Assembly (NCBI RefSeq): GCF_003704095.1
Contig: NW_020843834.1
Location: 806,001 to 870,000 of the forward strand
DNA: 64,000 nucleotides
Origin: Pocillopora damicornis
Taxonomy: Eukaryota
Direction of reading: 5' to 3'
Part shown: positions 1-13,400 of the stretch, in pieces
Position numbering within the stretch: position 1 is the stretch's first letter
How the letters are laid out: every line of letters starts with the position of its first letter
The notes under the pieces: generated by a model
Told to the model about the DNA's origin: nothing
What the model saw: the letters and a program-made list of their open reading frames with translations, nothing else
The model's database searches: none
Position numbers and translations under genes: made by a program

Positions 1-1774
1 CGGCCTAGCTTTTTTATACCTTGTTGGGACAAAATCAGCAGCTCCCATTTGGTTCTTAGAAGGACGAAATTGAGAGAAATTTTCAAAAGATTGAGAATTA
101 TCGGGGCTAATTCAGAGGTTGAAGGGGTCTAAATGGTACTCTTTGGACCTGTTTTGGTTGAACGGGCAAAATTAGCCCTCGAGACATTAGGGCTAATTTG
201 CCCTTTGGGCTCAATTTGCCTCTTTTTATTTTAAAGTGTAGGAGTCGACCATTTTGGATTCCCGGAGCGTACACTATTAACAAAGAAGGCATCCATCCTT
301 CTTTGATTTAAGTTAGTTTTGCAGCCGCTGATAGGTCCACTGTTATCTCTTTATGAATTCATCGCACTTTGTTACTAAGTAATAATCTTAACAGCGAAAT
401 ATTTTTTCAGTGTAGACCTAAAAAAATTTTGCAAATTAAAGTGAGTAAACTAATTACATTTCATTTCAGGGTTGGATCATTTGTCAGGAGCGAAATTTGT
501 ATCCAGCATCGAGTGTTTAACATCTCTCCTCACAGGATATTTTTGAAAATACAACTCAAAGACTTTCTGGGCGATTACAAAGGTACGAGTCATAAGAATT
601 ATTTGCGTCAACATGCTACTAAGCCTTTGGATGAATTCATAATTATTTTGTAGGTTGATTTTTATTTAATATTATGACATCGAAACGTGTATCACTTGAG
701 ACGCAACACAGTTTTAAGCAAAAATGACAAATTATCTACTTCTCACCTTATTTTCATCTTAGTTTTTCTGAATCGTTATCACTTATTAAAAATAAATTGA
801 TCAAAGTGGTTCTCTACACTCCTCAAAGACCAACATCCCAAACAGTATGTAGCGATGAATGACACCAGTAAAAGACCATTTAAATTTTCTACTCTAATCT
901 TAATAAGGAAATAGCCTGACCTCTTATAAAATATATTCTTTAGAGGAATAAAAACATAAATTGAAACAATCAAATTCTCCTTTGTCACTGTCTCAATAGC
1001 CAGTCAAGTTGAGGAGGCGATCGAAAAGTCCATCTGCCATTTATTATTCTACAAATTGTTTACTAAAAAAAAAGGAAATTTTCCCTTTTACCATTCAGTA
1101 CTACCAAATCTTTTATACGTATATTTTTACATTTATAAAACGTTGAGAAAATTTTCCTATCGGCTGACCGAACTATTTACTTCTATTGGTTTCCCGGCGT
1201 AATAACTTACGCGGGATGTTGGGAGAACACGAGAAAGGTTTGCGTGTTCTTCCAGCACCGCGCGTGGGCTATTTCGAGGTTTGTTACTTTTATAAAATAG
1301 GCTTAAAAAAATACAGGAAAATGTTTCAATCCTTTATGGGTTTACCGGCGCAATAAACGATCGGTTTTTGACCAATCAGGGCGCGTGCAGCATCTCAGTT
1401 ATTTCATAACTTCAAATTGTTTACTCATGTCGATCATGGAAAATGGATACTTAGAGATCATCTTATAATGGGTGCCGACGACGGTGTTTACAGATCGTAA
1501 ACGGCAAGGTCCGAGGATTTGTTAAGTTTTACTGTCTACTGCTGACAAATTGTGTTGCCAATCAGGGATAACTCTCGCATAGGGAAAATATCCATATTCA
1601 CTTACTAGTCGGTGCGTTTTGCTTTAATGTTCAGCGTATTAGCGAAATAAAATTGTACTGAAAGTTGTAAAAGCCGCCTAAAGAAAAACCCGAGAATTCG
1701 ATCGCAGCAGTATTTAATATATTTAACATTTGTTTGGGTTATGATTGATTTTGTCCTTTTCTTGGCAGTGCAGG

Positions 1775-2748
1775 ATGATTATGGTCCAGATATGTTTCCT
1801 CGTGGTTCTCGTATTATTTAACCTTACAAGCTCCAGTTCTCAAGAAAATATCACTGATAGTGAACGATTCAGCAAAGCAAATGCAACCGCTTGCGAGGAA
1901 GGAAGGTACGTGTTGAACAAATGCGAAGAACGCTGTGAATGCCGGGATGGCAAGCTTATGAACTGTTATCGCGTTAGGAAGGAATTCACTAAAATGGACA
2001 TTAACTCAAGACGCCGCTTTCTTCGCACATACAAAATGGCTTCTAATCATGCTCTCTTCCGACGTAGCTTTGAAAAAGTCGTCGCTTATCATACAAATAC
2101 CTCCCACCAACTTCTTCACCAAACTCCATTCATCTTCCTTCCGTGGCATAGATGGTGGCTGGTCACATTTGAAAACCTTCTCCGTAGAATAAATTGCCGG
2201 GTGACTATTCCCTACTGGGACTGGAGCCAAGTTGCTTGTCACTGGTGGAGAGAGTCTGGTGACGAAGACATCTGGAACCCAGGGGATCATGGACTGGGTG
2301 GAGATGGGAACCCATTCGCTAACTTCTGCGTTGAAACTGGGCCTTTTAGTAAGGATAGATGGCAACTGCTGAGATCCGTAGGGGGAGGGTGTTTGAAAAG
2401 AGTTTTCTCCTACCAATGCTTGACCGGTAGCACGCATCACGTGAAGAGAACTTTAGCTCAGCCAGTAGAAGAGTTCTTCAAATTTGAGGAAACAATACGC
2501 TATGTTTATCATTATGAAATTCACGAGTTCATCGGTGGAACGATGCTCGAGTAGACGACATCTGCCAACGCCCCTGAAGTAGTTTTACATCATTCGTTTC
2601 TGGACAAGCTCTGGCTTCAATGGCAGAAGAAAGGCAAAGACTATAAATATGTTTACTTCTCGAAAAGTCGCCGCAAACTTCCTCAATCAGAGTATTACGC
2701 CTGGCAGTGGTTGGACTCCAAGTCAAAGTTCTGTACGAAGATTGGTGA
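1775..2748 (+). pseudogene. Secreted tyrosinase (type-3 copper protein), disrupted by an in-frame stop and a probable frameshift
   Basis: ATG 1775 begins a signal peptide (MIMVQICFLVVLVLFNLTSSSS). A Cys-rich segment precedes RVRKE, then CuA His residues (AYH..LLH..FLPWHR), IPYWDW, and CuB HYEIH..GGTM. TAG at 2552-2554 is followed in the same frame by TTSANAPEVVLHHSFLDKLWLQWQ, the rest of CuB. A plausible end, VKVLYEDW-TGA (2722-2748), is in the -1 frame. The coding region is a single exon, with an acceptor-like ttgtccttttcttggcag ending at 1768. Confidence 0.88.
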
Positions 2749-2793
2749 CACGGCACAGAGTGCTCCAGCATTCTCCTACATGCTCGAAAAGCA

Positions 2794-3110
2794 TAAGTAC
2801 TTATTGACCGAGAGGGTCGGACGGAAAAATATGCGGCTCGAGGTCGTAACCTACGGACCGAAATCCGTGCGTCATGACCGAGAGCCAAATATTTTCCCGT
2901 CTCGCCCGATCAATCTGAGTCAATAAGCATTTTATCATATGACCATTATGTGCTGAAAATTTCTTAACTTTATTTCAACCCAAAGCAGGGCTTTTCTTTT
3001 TTTTTTCTTCGAGTCAGACCGGCTCACGTCTACCCACCCGACCCCACACAAGTTACCATTCATTATGGTTTCCATGGCATTGCGCGTGCGGGCCATACGG
3101 TCATATGATA
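2794..3110. mobile_element. Non-autonomous palindromic repeat element (hairpin plus 12-bp inverted repeats)
   Basis: Imperfect hairpin cttattgac..gtcaataag across 2794-2933, then an exact inverted pair tatcatatgacc (2933-2944) and ggtcatatgata (3099-3110). Confidence 0.5.
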
Positions 3111-3253
3111 GGAACTTTCATCTGACAGGTAATGAAATGAAGGCAAAAAAATGGTTACAAAGATACCAAGCAGAAGTACAATTTACATTAAAAAGACGGA
3201 TTTTTCTACGGCCGCATTCGCTAGCGGGTCACCATTGCGGATCTATTTTCCTT

Positions 3254-3465
3254 TTAAATCTTTACATTCTTAAATTAGCCTGCACATTCTCCAAACCATT
3301 CTCCATATATTTCATATAAAACTGATAAGGAGAATATATTTAGCAATCAAGAGCTTCATAAGTCTGCAATCGTATTCTCTATTATTTTGACCTTAATGTT
3401 TGATTCAGTTGTGATACTGTAGGGAGAAATTAGCTGCTAATCACTAACAAGGGTTAAAGGGTTGA
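3254..3465. mobile_element. Degenerate piggyBac-like MITE (TTAA/CCCTTT-type ends)
   Basis: Ends ttaa-atcttt and aaaggg-ttga. The interior (ctgataaggagaat, ccttaat-tttgattcag, gaaattagctgct) is homologous to the copy at 22952-23158. Confidence 0.55.
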
Positions 3466-4070
3466 CATATGATGGGGGGATAGGTCTCTTCCTTGAATTG
3501 AAGTAAGTAAAGGTTACCGACAGATTCTTTGTAACTCAGGGGTTGACTATCGGACTGGAAAAATATGAAGATCTAAGGTTCGATTCGTAAGAGATGTCTC
3601 AAGTTCGAGACAAGTCACAAACTTGTTTCTGCATCGGATAGCGAGGCTCAAAACTTGCCATCTCTATTAATCCATTCTAATTTACTTGGATTGGCAAAGG
3701 TGTATCGTTATCAAGTATCTGACTGGTTCCACTACCGAGTGACTGACTGACCGACAGACCANNNNNNNNNNNNNNNNNNNNNNNNNNNNNNNNNNNNNNN
3801 NNNNNNNNNNNNNNNNNNNNNNNNNNNNNNNNNCCCCCCCCCTCCCCCCATCTTCCCCCTTCTAAATCGTCCAACTCTAACCTACCCACTCTTCTACCTT
3901 TGATATCCTCCCTTTCTTTCCTACAAACTCGGTCTGTTTATCCACTGCAATTTACATTTACCTTAAGATGAAAAATCCACCAAACAAACATAGCACAAAA
4001 ATGTATCATCTTTTTAGCGACAATGGTGATATCCTTTTACTCCTCATTCGTAAAAACAAAACAAATGTCT

Positions 4071-4076
4071 TTTATT
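4071..4076 (-). promoter_or_regulatory. Candidate polyadenylation signal AATAAA of the giant Ig gene
   Basis: tttatt on the plus strand, about 240 nt downstream of the TGA at 4321-4319. Confidence 0.5.
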
Positions 4077-4318
4077 AACTTCACAATTAATTCCTCTTAC
4101 GGTATTCATGTGCGCGCAAGATATTTTCAAGTTGATCGGTAAGGAGTAAACAACTAAAATAAACATTATGAAATGGAGTATTTCATCGTTTAGTGCTTCT
4201 AGTAATCTTTCAAACGGATATCAGTAGAACCTTGAAAATCACAGCAGATAACCGTTTCCCAGAGAATATCAACTGATATTTTCTTGCTGTTTCTTGTGGT
4301 TCAATTTCAATCAATGTT

Positions 4319-4461
4319 TCAACGTCCCCATGGGTACACTTTACCATGTACAACGTTACCAGGATGACGGTTTCCATGAATATTTGGCCAAACATTATCA
4401 TTGCCAAAATCCCCAGCAGGACTACCACCACCACACAAACCGCAGCTCTTAGGGCAGTTCT
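4319..4461 (-). CDS. Terminal exon: end of ShKT-3 and C-terminal tail
   Basis: Acceptor tttatccttcag. Reads (Q)NCPKSCGLCGGGSPAGDFGNDNVWPNIHGNRHPGNVVHGKVYPWGR-stop and completes the six-Cys ShKT pattern. Not in the ORF track in this frame. Confidence 0.88.
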
Positions 4462-7400
4462 CTGAAGGATAAAGATTGTTTGGGGCGATTATCAATCGAG
4501 ATAAATTTGTTTTAGCTCTACCACCCTTGCATTTTAAACCACATTCTGAGGCAAAATTTAAGGTTTCTTTTCTATTTCCACATTTAAAAAGATAACCCGA
4601 GCATACTTTGAGTTCTGGGAATTCTTCTCCATTGATCGTACCACCTAAAGGTCAAAGCTGAAACTCTAGCTCACGAGCGGTAGAAAAAGGCTCGATAGCC
4701 ACTGAAGGAAAAACGTAGACGCTATGCAGCGAGTGAAGTTAGCCGCGCAGTCGTAGTTACAAGACTCTAGCTGCTATATTTGCTGTAAAGCCTGCCGCTC
4801 TAAGATCAGCCTGTTCGGTCTTAGCTGGCTCTACAAGTCAACCGCAGACCGACTAACCGCAGAAGTTCGAGAGGCGGCAAGAGAGTCAACCAGAGATAGT
4901 AAGCTTTAATCTTAACTGATTGAGAAAATTTTTAATAACTGTCGGTTTATGCCCCCCTATTCAAGTAATAATTTCCTGTCGTGGATCCTCTTCTATGATC
5001 ATGGTCCACAAATTTACTCGCCTTTTCTTTTTTTATCTAAATACCTACGTTTTACTCGGCGATGGCGACATCCTCTCAAACGAACAAAAGAGTAGCATCT
5101 GGGAAATGCATCCTTGCAATCTCCTGTGGCTGGACACTGACGACAGCTCCTCTGGCACATCTCTGGATAAGAGTGTATTTAGAATTACCTTAGAGCGCTT
5201 TTGATTGAGTGTCAAAAACGCAGAACTAAATTACATTTAATTGCGACGGTTGATGAGAAGGAAGATACCTTTAAGAGCTAATGAGAAATGAGAGTTAAAA
5301 CGACTAAACTGCCTTGGTTCTATTTTTGCATCTGATTGATTAAGAGAGTGGCGTAAGAACTAATCACAAAGCGAAGTAAAGCAAAACCGATACAATCTCG
5401 GGTCACTTTCGACATATAAATATTGCTCTAGTAACGGGGTTGGTGGGCGTCAAATTACACTGGAGTAAACCGCCCTCATTTACTGACTGAGCTCTTGGAA
5501 AATTCTGGCCCATTAGGCTAATATTAGGCTGATTTTAGGCTAACATGCAGCTTACAGCCTACATAAGGTCGATAATCGTCAGGAGATGCGTATTATAAGG
5601 GAATCTCTGTGACATTACACGTATGAGCGGACAGATCACGTGAAGGTGAGTTGAGAGATGTCTTTGGCAGAGCGGCCCAAGATAGATACAGATAAAGAAT
5701 CATTTCACGGCATATCCTGGGGTGAGGAATCACGAGATTCCAGCTCCCTGGAGACACCAGTAGATCATGGATTGCTTAAATCAAGCAAGAGTTGATTGAG
5801 CGTGGCAGAAAAATACCTACACTAACCTTTTAGTGTTGCTATTCGGCCTCCTGATGGGAAAATGAACCTGCATTTCCTTTTGTTTTCTCTCGCTTGTGAC
5901 CACCAAGGACAAACATAAGGATCGCTATCTTGACATGGATCCACTAGAGAGAAAAAGGGAAAAACTGATTACCTTTTTCAGAACAACCTCTCATTTTAAC
6001 GTTACGCCCTACAACGAGCAAATTTTCTAAATGAAAACAAGAGCGCTATAGCCAGTAACGCGAGAAAAAGAAAAAATATAAGTTCTTCTGGATGAAAAAT
6101 TAAATAGTTAGCGTCATTATCCTAAACTTGGAAGGCTTAGAAAATAAATGAGTCTCTAGTTAGGCTGATAATTTTGTATCAGAACTCTGTTCATTGTCTT
6201 TAGAAGATTTTTGTGAGTTTTTATTTTATCATCTCCTGTAAGGCCGCTCCGACTTTAGAAACCATAAACAAATTGTGCAACCGGAAGGTAGTATAAAGTA
6301 TTTCTTCTCAGAAAGTACCGCTGGCTGTTACTTCTAATTGTCCAGCCAGCACAAAAAATGCAGACTTTTGAAAGTAAGACAGCCATACAAATCCAAACAT
6401 TTTGTATCAGTTAAACGCAATTTGCTCACCATGACATCGTCGACAGCTCTTAGGGCAGATGTCCCACAGAGGAAACCTCTTACCCACGTAAAACGTATCC
6501 GACGGTTGAGCTGTTTTCCAACAGTCTCCTGAGGCAGCCCTAATTGGACAATTTTCCTCCTTATCCTCGCACAGTTCTTTAAAAGTAGGCGATGAAAAAA
6601 GTAAAAAAAAAAACCACACACACACACACAAAGTAGTTAGTATTAAGAAAACAGAGAAAGAGACTGACTTTAAGTAACTTTCAAACGATAAACCAATGGT
6701 ACATACTTTGTCCTGGACAGAGCTTGTCATTGCAGTGTTTCTTTTGTTTCCTCAAATTAAGACTGTTTTCCGGACAAGTCCTTGTGCGAACTTGGAATCC
6801 GCCACCACAAGTCTTACTACAGGCTCCGTAGGATCCCCATTCACCGCAATCACCTATGATGAACTAAGTCTATAAGCTACCAGGACTAGAGCTCTTAAAA
6901 CTATAAGGAGTTGTCGTGGAGATCTAAGAAATCACACCACTGATGAGCAGTTTTGAAGGGTCTGTCCGACGAGTTGTGAGCAGTACTGATATGAACAAAT
7001 CAAGTTTATCACTTTGTGTTCTTGCCAAGTTTTGAGGCAGAAGAGAAACTAGGCGGTTGAAGATCATCACACTATGTCCTGATCCATGGCAGAACATTTA
7101 CAGCCAATTCGAGTTTGACGATTGCTACGTGTAGGATTGGAAGTTTAAGGAAAGATCACCTTAATAGACTAGGACCTTCAAACCCCTCAACCCCCTGAGC
7201 CCCGCATTATCTTGTTTTTTTTTTTTGTTAAAACGCATTAATTACACCTTTTTCTATGTTTTCTTTTCTCAAAGTCAGCGTCTGCCAAACTTACCAATAT
7301 CTTGCTCGTCGCAAGCCAGATTTATCACATTCTCTAGTTTGGAGAACATCTCGTTGACTCCAAAAACTTTTAGAACATAGCTAGAATTGCTGGCGATTTT

Positions 7401-10400
7401 TCCAAGTTCGTGCTCACGGAATCCATATCCAGCTCCAACGGCAATCCTTCTCACTTTGGCCTCCTGCGTTATACAGATATACATTTTACAAACGACAGTG
7501 ATGACTTTTACAACCAAGTTTGCTTATTACAAATAGAATTGCATATTGCTTTTGCTTTGCTGCGTTCTGTGACTGCTCTTGAAAACTTGCATGATTTTCC
7601 CAACCGATCACATGCAAAACTAAAGCCAATGGAGACCTGGTCACCCGTGCTTCCCCTTGCTTGACTTTTTATCGAATTGCACAAGCGCAATTTAACACAA
7701 CCAAGATAACAATTAGAACATGACATTTACTCACATCTAAAGGAGGAACTACCCGAGCGAGAGGCTTGTTTCCTTCGTATGTAGTTCCATGTGTAAGCAC
7801 AATCAATACATTTGGTTTATCTGGTCTGTCGCCACTATCTTCCCAGCCAAAAAGATCTTGCGCTGCTAGTTCCAGGGCTCTATCTGTTCTTGAACCTCCT
7901 CGACTGTGCGGCAGGCTGTTAGCTTTAGACTTCACCGCAGAAATTGTTTGGTTATCACTAAATCTGGAAATATGAGAGAACCCTTTCACTCGCAACACGT
8001 ATCTTTACTCCAGGAGTAAGATAGCCACAAACTATAGAGTAAATATCTTTGAGAAAGAGCCTCCACAGACCTGTGCCAGGTGTGTGCCTCCCAGCTGTAA
8101 GGGAGGATCGCCATATGCGTTCCTGCTCCAGAGATCTGAAGTCTATCAGCCAGTCGAATTAAATATTGCCGCACTAAATCGTAACCTGCAGGACTTATTC
8201 TATCCGAGGAGTCAATTATGACGGCGACATCGAGATGTTCTTTACAAGGTTTCGGCGGAGAAGTTGCAGGAGCTATGAGATTTATAAGCAAAAGATCGAG
8301 AACAAGATTATAAGTTGCAAGATTAGTGCATAGAGTGGTGAATTGTTGTCATTTGATTTAACGATATGAGTTTTGGTGTGATGACATAGAAAGTGATGTG
8401 ATGTTGTATAACGTGGCGTGTTGTTATGTTGGTTAGATGTGATCTGATTTGTTTGACGTAACGTGAATCGACGCGATGTGATACTTACACCTTATTCGAT
8501 AGTTTAACATATAATACGTGCGGATATTTTGCGACATGCGCAGTATTATTACGAGCCCCGTACGGGTTAGGAATAGTATGAGCAATGGACAGAATTTCCG
8601 CTCGTTTACATGGGTGTCATTAATGAACCTTTAAAAAAAAGTTTTGTGACACAATTTGTAGTTCATGTCTGGTATAATGGTAAAGTACTTACACTGGACA
8701 TCAAGATTAGCGCTAGCATTTACAGAAGGCTTCACTCCATTCTCTGCCGAACACCAGTATTTTCCAGATTGAGTTCTGTTTGTTCTAAAACTCAGTGTGT
8801 CTCCTTCAGCCACGGTTTTCCCATCTTTAGTCCACGTCATCTTTGGAGTTGGGTTCCCAGTGGCAGCGCACTGGAAGGTTAGCATGTCTCCTTCAGCAAC
8901 AATCTTGTCCGGTGGCTTGAGGATTATACTCGGGGGGTCTAAAAATGTGAAAATAGAAATCTAAAACAATACTTCTTTGCAATCTTTTCTAATCGTTATG
9001 ACCTTGTCCAGCGTTGTTTGGTTTTGAAGTTATACTTGATTCCTTGATTTTTGTTAATTAAAGAAGGGATAATGAAAAAAATAATCAAGGANNNNNNNNN
9101 NNNNNNNNNNNNNNNNNNNNNNNNNNNNNNNNNNNNNNNNNNNNNNNNNNNNNNNNNNNNNNNNNNNNNNNNNNNNNNNNNNNNNNNNNNNTAAGATTGT
9201 TACCGAGGGAAAATTGCTAACCTTCCAGTGTGCTGCCGCTGGAAACCCAACTCCAAAGATAACGTGGACTAAAAATGGAATAACTATGACTGAAGGAGAC
9301 ACACTGAGTTTTAGACCCAATAGAACTCAATCTGGAAAGTACTGGTGTTCTGCAGAGAATGGGGTGAAATCTGCTGTCAATGCCAGCGCCAATCTTGATG
9401 TCCAGTGTAAGTACAATAACGTTATAGCAATTGTTATTTGTGGTCCAATACTTGACCTCTTTTTACTAACTGCTTTGTTATTCACTTTTTCATGCTGTGT
9501 GTATTATATCTCAGTTCCACCAAGCTTTGATTCAAGACCAACAAATCAAACTGTTATTGAGGGAACGAATACAACTTTTCATTGCACTGCCACTGGGAAC
9601 CCAACACCAACTATAACGTGGATGAAAGATACAAAATCTGTGGCAGAAGGACAAACTCTCAGCTTTGAAACCAGCAGGAATGATTCTGGAAAATATTGGT
9701 GTTTGGCCACGAATGGACTTGGTGAATCTATCAATACAACTGTCAATCTTGATGTACAATGTAAGTTGGTAAAGAATCTAAGGAAAGTGTTTCCTCAAAG
9801 AAATATCATAACAGTACTAATGAGATTTGTAGAAAAAATTACGATTGGTGCAACCTAACTGTCTTTCCTGATGTGCAAAGAAAGTCATCTGCCTTTGTAA
9901 CAGATAGAACAGCAATATGCAGATCTCATCTTTATATAACTCAGGTGAAGAAGTTTATTCAAGTAAGATTTAGAGCTTTATGCAAGCCAGTGTGCTGTTC
10001 CTTGATTATTTTTTCATTAACCCTTCTTTAATTAACAAACATAAAGGAATCAAGTATAACTTCAAAACCAAACAACGCTGGACAAGGTCGTGACGATCAG
10101 AAAAGATTGCTAAGGAGTATTGTTTTAGATTTCTCTTTTCACATTTTTAGACCCCCCGAGTATCATTCTCAAGCCATCGGACAAGATTGTTGCAGAAGGA
10201 GACATGGTAACCTTCCAGTGCGCTGCCACTGGGAACCCAACTCCAAAGATGACGTGGACTAAAGATGGGAAAACCGTGGCTGAAGGAGACACACTGAGTT
10301 TTAGAACAAACAGAACTCAATCTGGAAAATACTGGTGTTCGGCAGAGAATGGATTGAAGCCTTCTGTAAATGCCAGCGCTAATCTTGATGTCCAGTGTAA

Positions 10401-13400
10401 GTATTTTAGCATTATACCAGGAAAATAGCTATGAGCTATTTCAATTTACAGACAAATATAAATTTTATGCGTGCTTTCTCTTCTGTTACAGTTCCACCAA
10501 GTTTTACTTCGAGGCCGAGCAACCAAACTGTTATTGAAGAGACGAATGTAAGTTTCCTTTGCACTGCCACCGGGAACCCAGCTCCAACTGTAACGTGGAT
10601 GAAAGATGGGAGTTCTGTGGCTGAAGGACATACCCTCAGCATTGAAACCAGTAGAAACGATTCTGGAAAATATTGGTGTTTGGCTGAGAATGGACTGGGT
10701 GAAGCTATCAATACGACGGTCTATCTTAATGTACAATGTAAGTTTGATATAGAAACTGGCAAAATAATATGCTCTGTGAAGAGCATTTACGACAATCCTA
10801 TCGAGACGCTTAAAAAAACAGATCGGTTTGTTCACTGCAGTTGTTGTATGCTAGCTTTGGAAAATGGAATGCAAAGCAAATCTGCAAACCTTCGTTGGAG
10901 ATCGTGGCCGTGGAAATTTCCCTCTAACGGATGACGATGCCTTTTCTAAGTCTGTATTTAAGGTTAATTTATGTTATTTATTTATTTTTGTGTTTTCTAT
11001 GTACTTGTCATTACTTCAGTAGTCTTTGTAGATGGACACTTTTGTTACCTTTTTTTTCCCTTCACCTTTAAGTTTCACCGAGTATTATCATCAAGCCAAC
11101 AAACAAGACTGTAGCTGAAGGAGACATGGTAGCCTTCCATTGTGCTGCCACTGGGAACCCAACTCCAAAGATGATATGGATTAACAATGGGAAGACTGTG
11201 GGTGAAGGAGACACACTGAGCTTTGAAACAAACAGAACTCAAACTGGAAAATATTGGTGTTTAGCAGAGAATGGACTAGCGTCCGCTGTCAATGCTAGCG
11301 CAAATCTTGATGTTCAGTGTAAGTACCATACATTTGACCCCGTAGAATAATCAGTAACCCGTTGATTGCAATCTGTGTTAATTCTTCCACATCCGCAATA
11401 GTCTTTGGTTCCTCCCTGACAAACTATCACTAGTCTTCTCCGTCTCAATAACAACTCAATGTTTATGTTTCATGTGCGTAACATAGCTGCTACAAAGAAA
11501 ATACTTCACGGATTTTGCATAAAGAATTTAAATCCTACAGATTTGAATACTGTGTATGATTTTTTTATTTTATTCCAGTTCCACCAAACTTTACTTCGAG
11601 ACCAAGCAACCAAACTGTTATCGAAGGAACAAAAATAATATTTAACTGTTCAGCAACTGGGAACCCTCATCCTGACATGTCATGGCTTAAGGATGGAAAG
11701 ACTGTGGCAGAAGGCGACACTTTGAGCCTTGAAACCAGCAGAAATGATTCTGGGATATATTGGTGTTTGGCTAAGAATGGAGTGGGTGAAGTTATCAATG
11801 CAACTGCCTATCTCGATGTACAGTGTAAGTTTGGAAACCAAACTCGTAAAATTGTTTTCTTTCAAGTGATATCATATCAATGCTATCGGTGAAAGTTGAC
11901 CACAATACTCTTACTTTTTCAAATTGTACACTTTTTTTAATATCTGAGTTATTAACCCCTTTCAGTCTCACCAAGTATTATCACCAAGCAAACAAACAAG
12001 ACTGCTATTGAAGGAGATATGGTAAGTTTCCGTTGTAAAGCCACCGGGAACCCAACTCCCATGATATCATGGATCAAAGATGGAAAGACTGTGGCCGAAG
12101 GAGATACTCTGAGCTTTAAAACCAACAAAACTCAATCTGGGGAATACTGGTGTTCAGCAGCGAATGGTATGAAGGCTACTGTGAATTCCATTGCCAATCT
12201 TGATGTCCAGTGTAAGTACAATACATCTGTACCAGTTGATCCGACTACAAAGACTTAGTAAGTTACTGAAAGAAGCTCAACTCAACTGCGTTCAAAGTAA
12301 TGCGGGGGTACGTTGTTTCTGCTTCCTTCGTTGTGTGATTCGTCTCGAAAATTCCCGCCACCCCCTCCCCCTCCCTCAAAATAATCAGTTGCGAAATAAA
12401 GGCTCGCCTTACTTGCTTTTCTAATAGGCTCCTTGCCCTCCTTTGTTCTGATCGGTCATTCTGGTTTGAAAGTTTTTTGTTTTTGTTTTACAACATGCAG
12501 TAGAAATCCGCTCTGTGAAATGCAATTAGATCTCATTTGTTTCAGTTCCACCAAGCTTTACTTCAAGACCAACTAACCAAACTGTTATCGAAGGAACGAA
12601 CACAACCTTTCACTGTGCTGCCACTGGAAACCCAACTCCTAAGATGTCGTGGCTGAAAGATGGGGAAACTGTGGCTAAAGGGGACACATTGAGTCTTCAA
12701 ACCAACAGAAGTGATTCTGGAAAATATTGGTGTTTTGCGGACAATGGACTGGGTGATGCTATCGAAACGACTGCTCATCTTGACGTACAGTGTAAGTATG
12801 GCGAAGAAAGACTGTCAAAAGTTGGTTTTTTTCGATAAACTGTCCAAAGGATAAAAAGCGTGAAGTGCGGTCGTTTGTGTCTGTTTACAAATTTGACATC
12901 TCCATATTAAAGGGAATTCTTCAAGCTGGTTGAAGATCAGAGAAAATCATACTAAAAATTACTCCATGTTCATTCATAACATTGATATAATTTTAATATT
13001 ATGTTTCCGTAACTAGAGCGAAAATAAGGGATAGGGGTTACAAGACTTAAGACCTCTATCCTACATTTATCCTCCCTCCCAATGACTAGTCCCTTTGTAG
13101 TTCTTGGTATCTCTGTGCTGTGCTCTGTTTCCAATGTATTGATATATCACGAGCGCTTGTTTTCTGCCACAGTCCCACCAGCTCTGACTGTTACTCCTAC
13201 AAACTTAACTATGGCCGAGGGTCACAATGCAACTCTCCGCTGCTCAGCTGCGGGGAATCCCACTCCAACGATAACATGGATGAAGGATGGTCAGACTGTA
13301 GCTACAGGAAGATCACTTACTTTAGAAGTTAAGAAGGAAGATTCTGGAATATACTGGTGTATTGCGGATAACGGTTTGAGAGTCACGGCCAATGCTAGTG

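Noticed and set aside
2711-2926. 71-aa ORF as an independent gene
   Set aside because: It is the post-stop, out-of-frame tail of the tyrosinase running into a repeat element.
1775-6576. Tyrosinase and ShKT exons as one tyrosinase-ShK gene
   Set aside because: They are on opposite strands and convergent; the ShKT exons splice in phase to the TSP1 and vWA exons.
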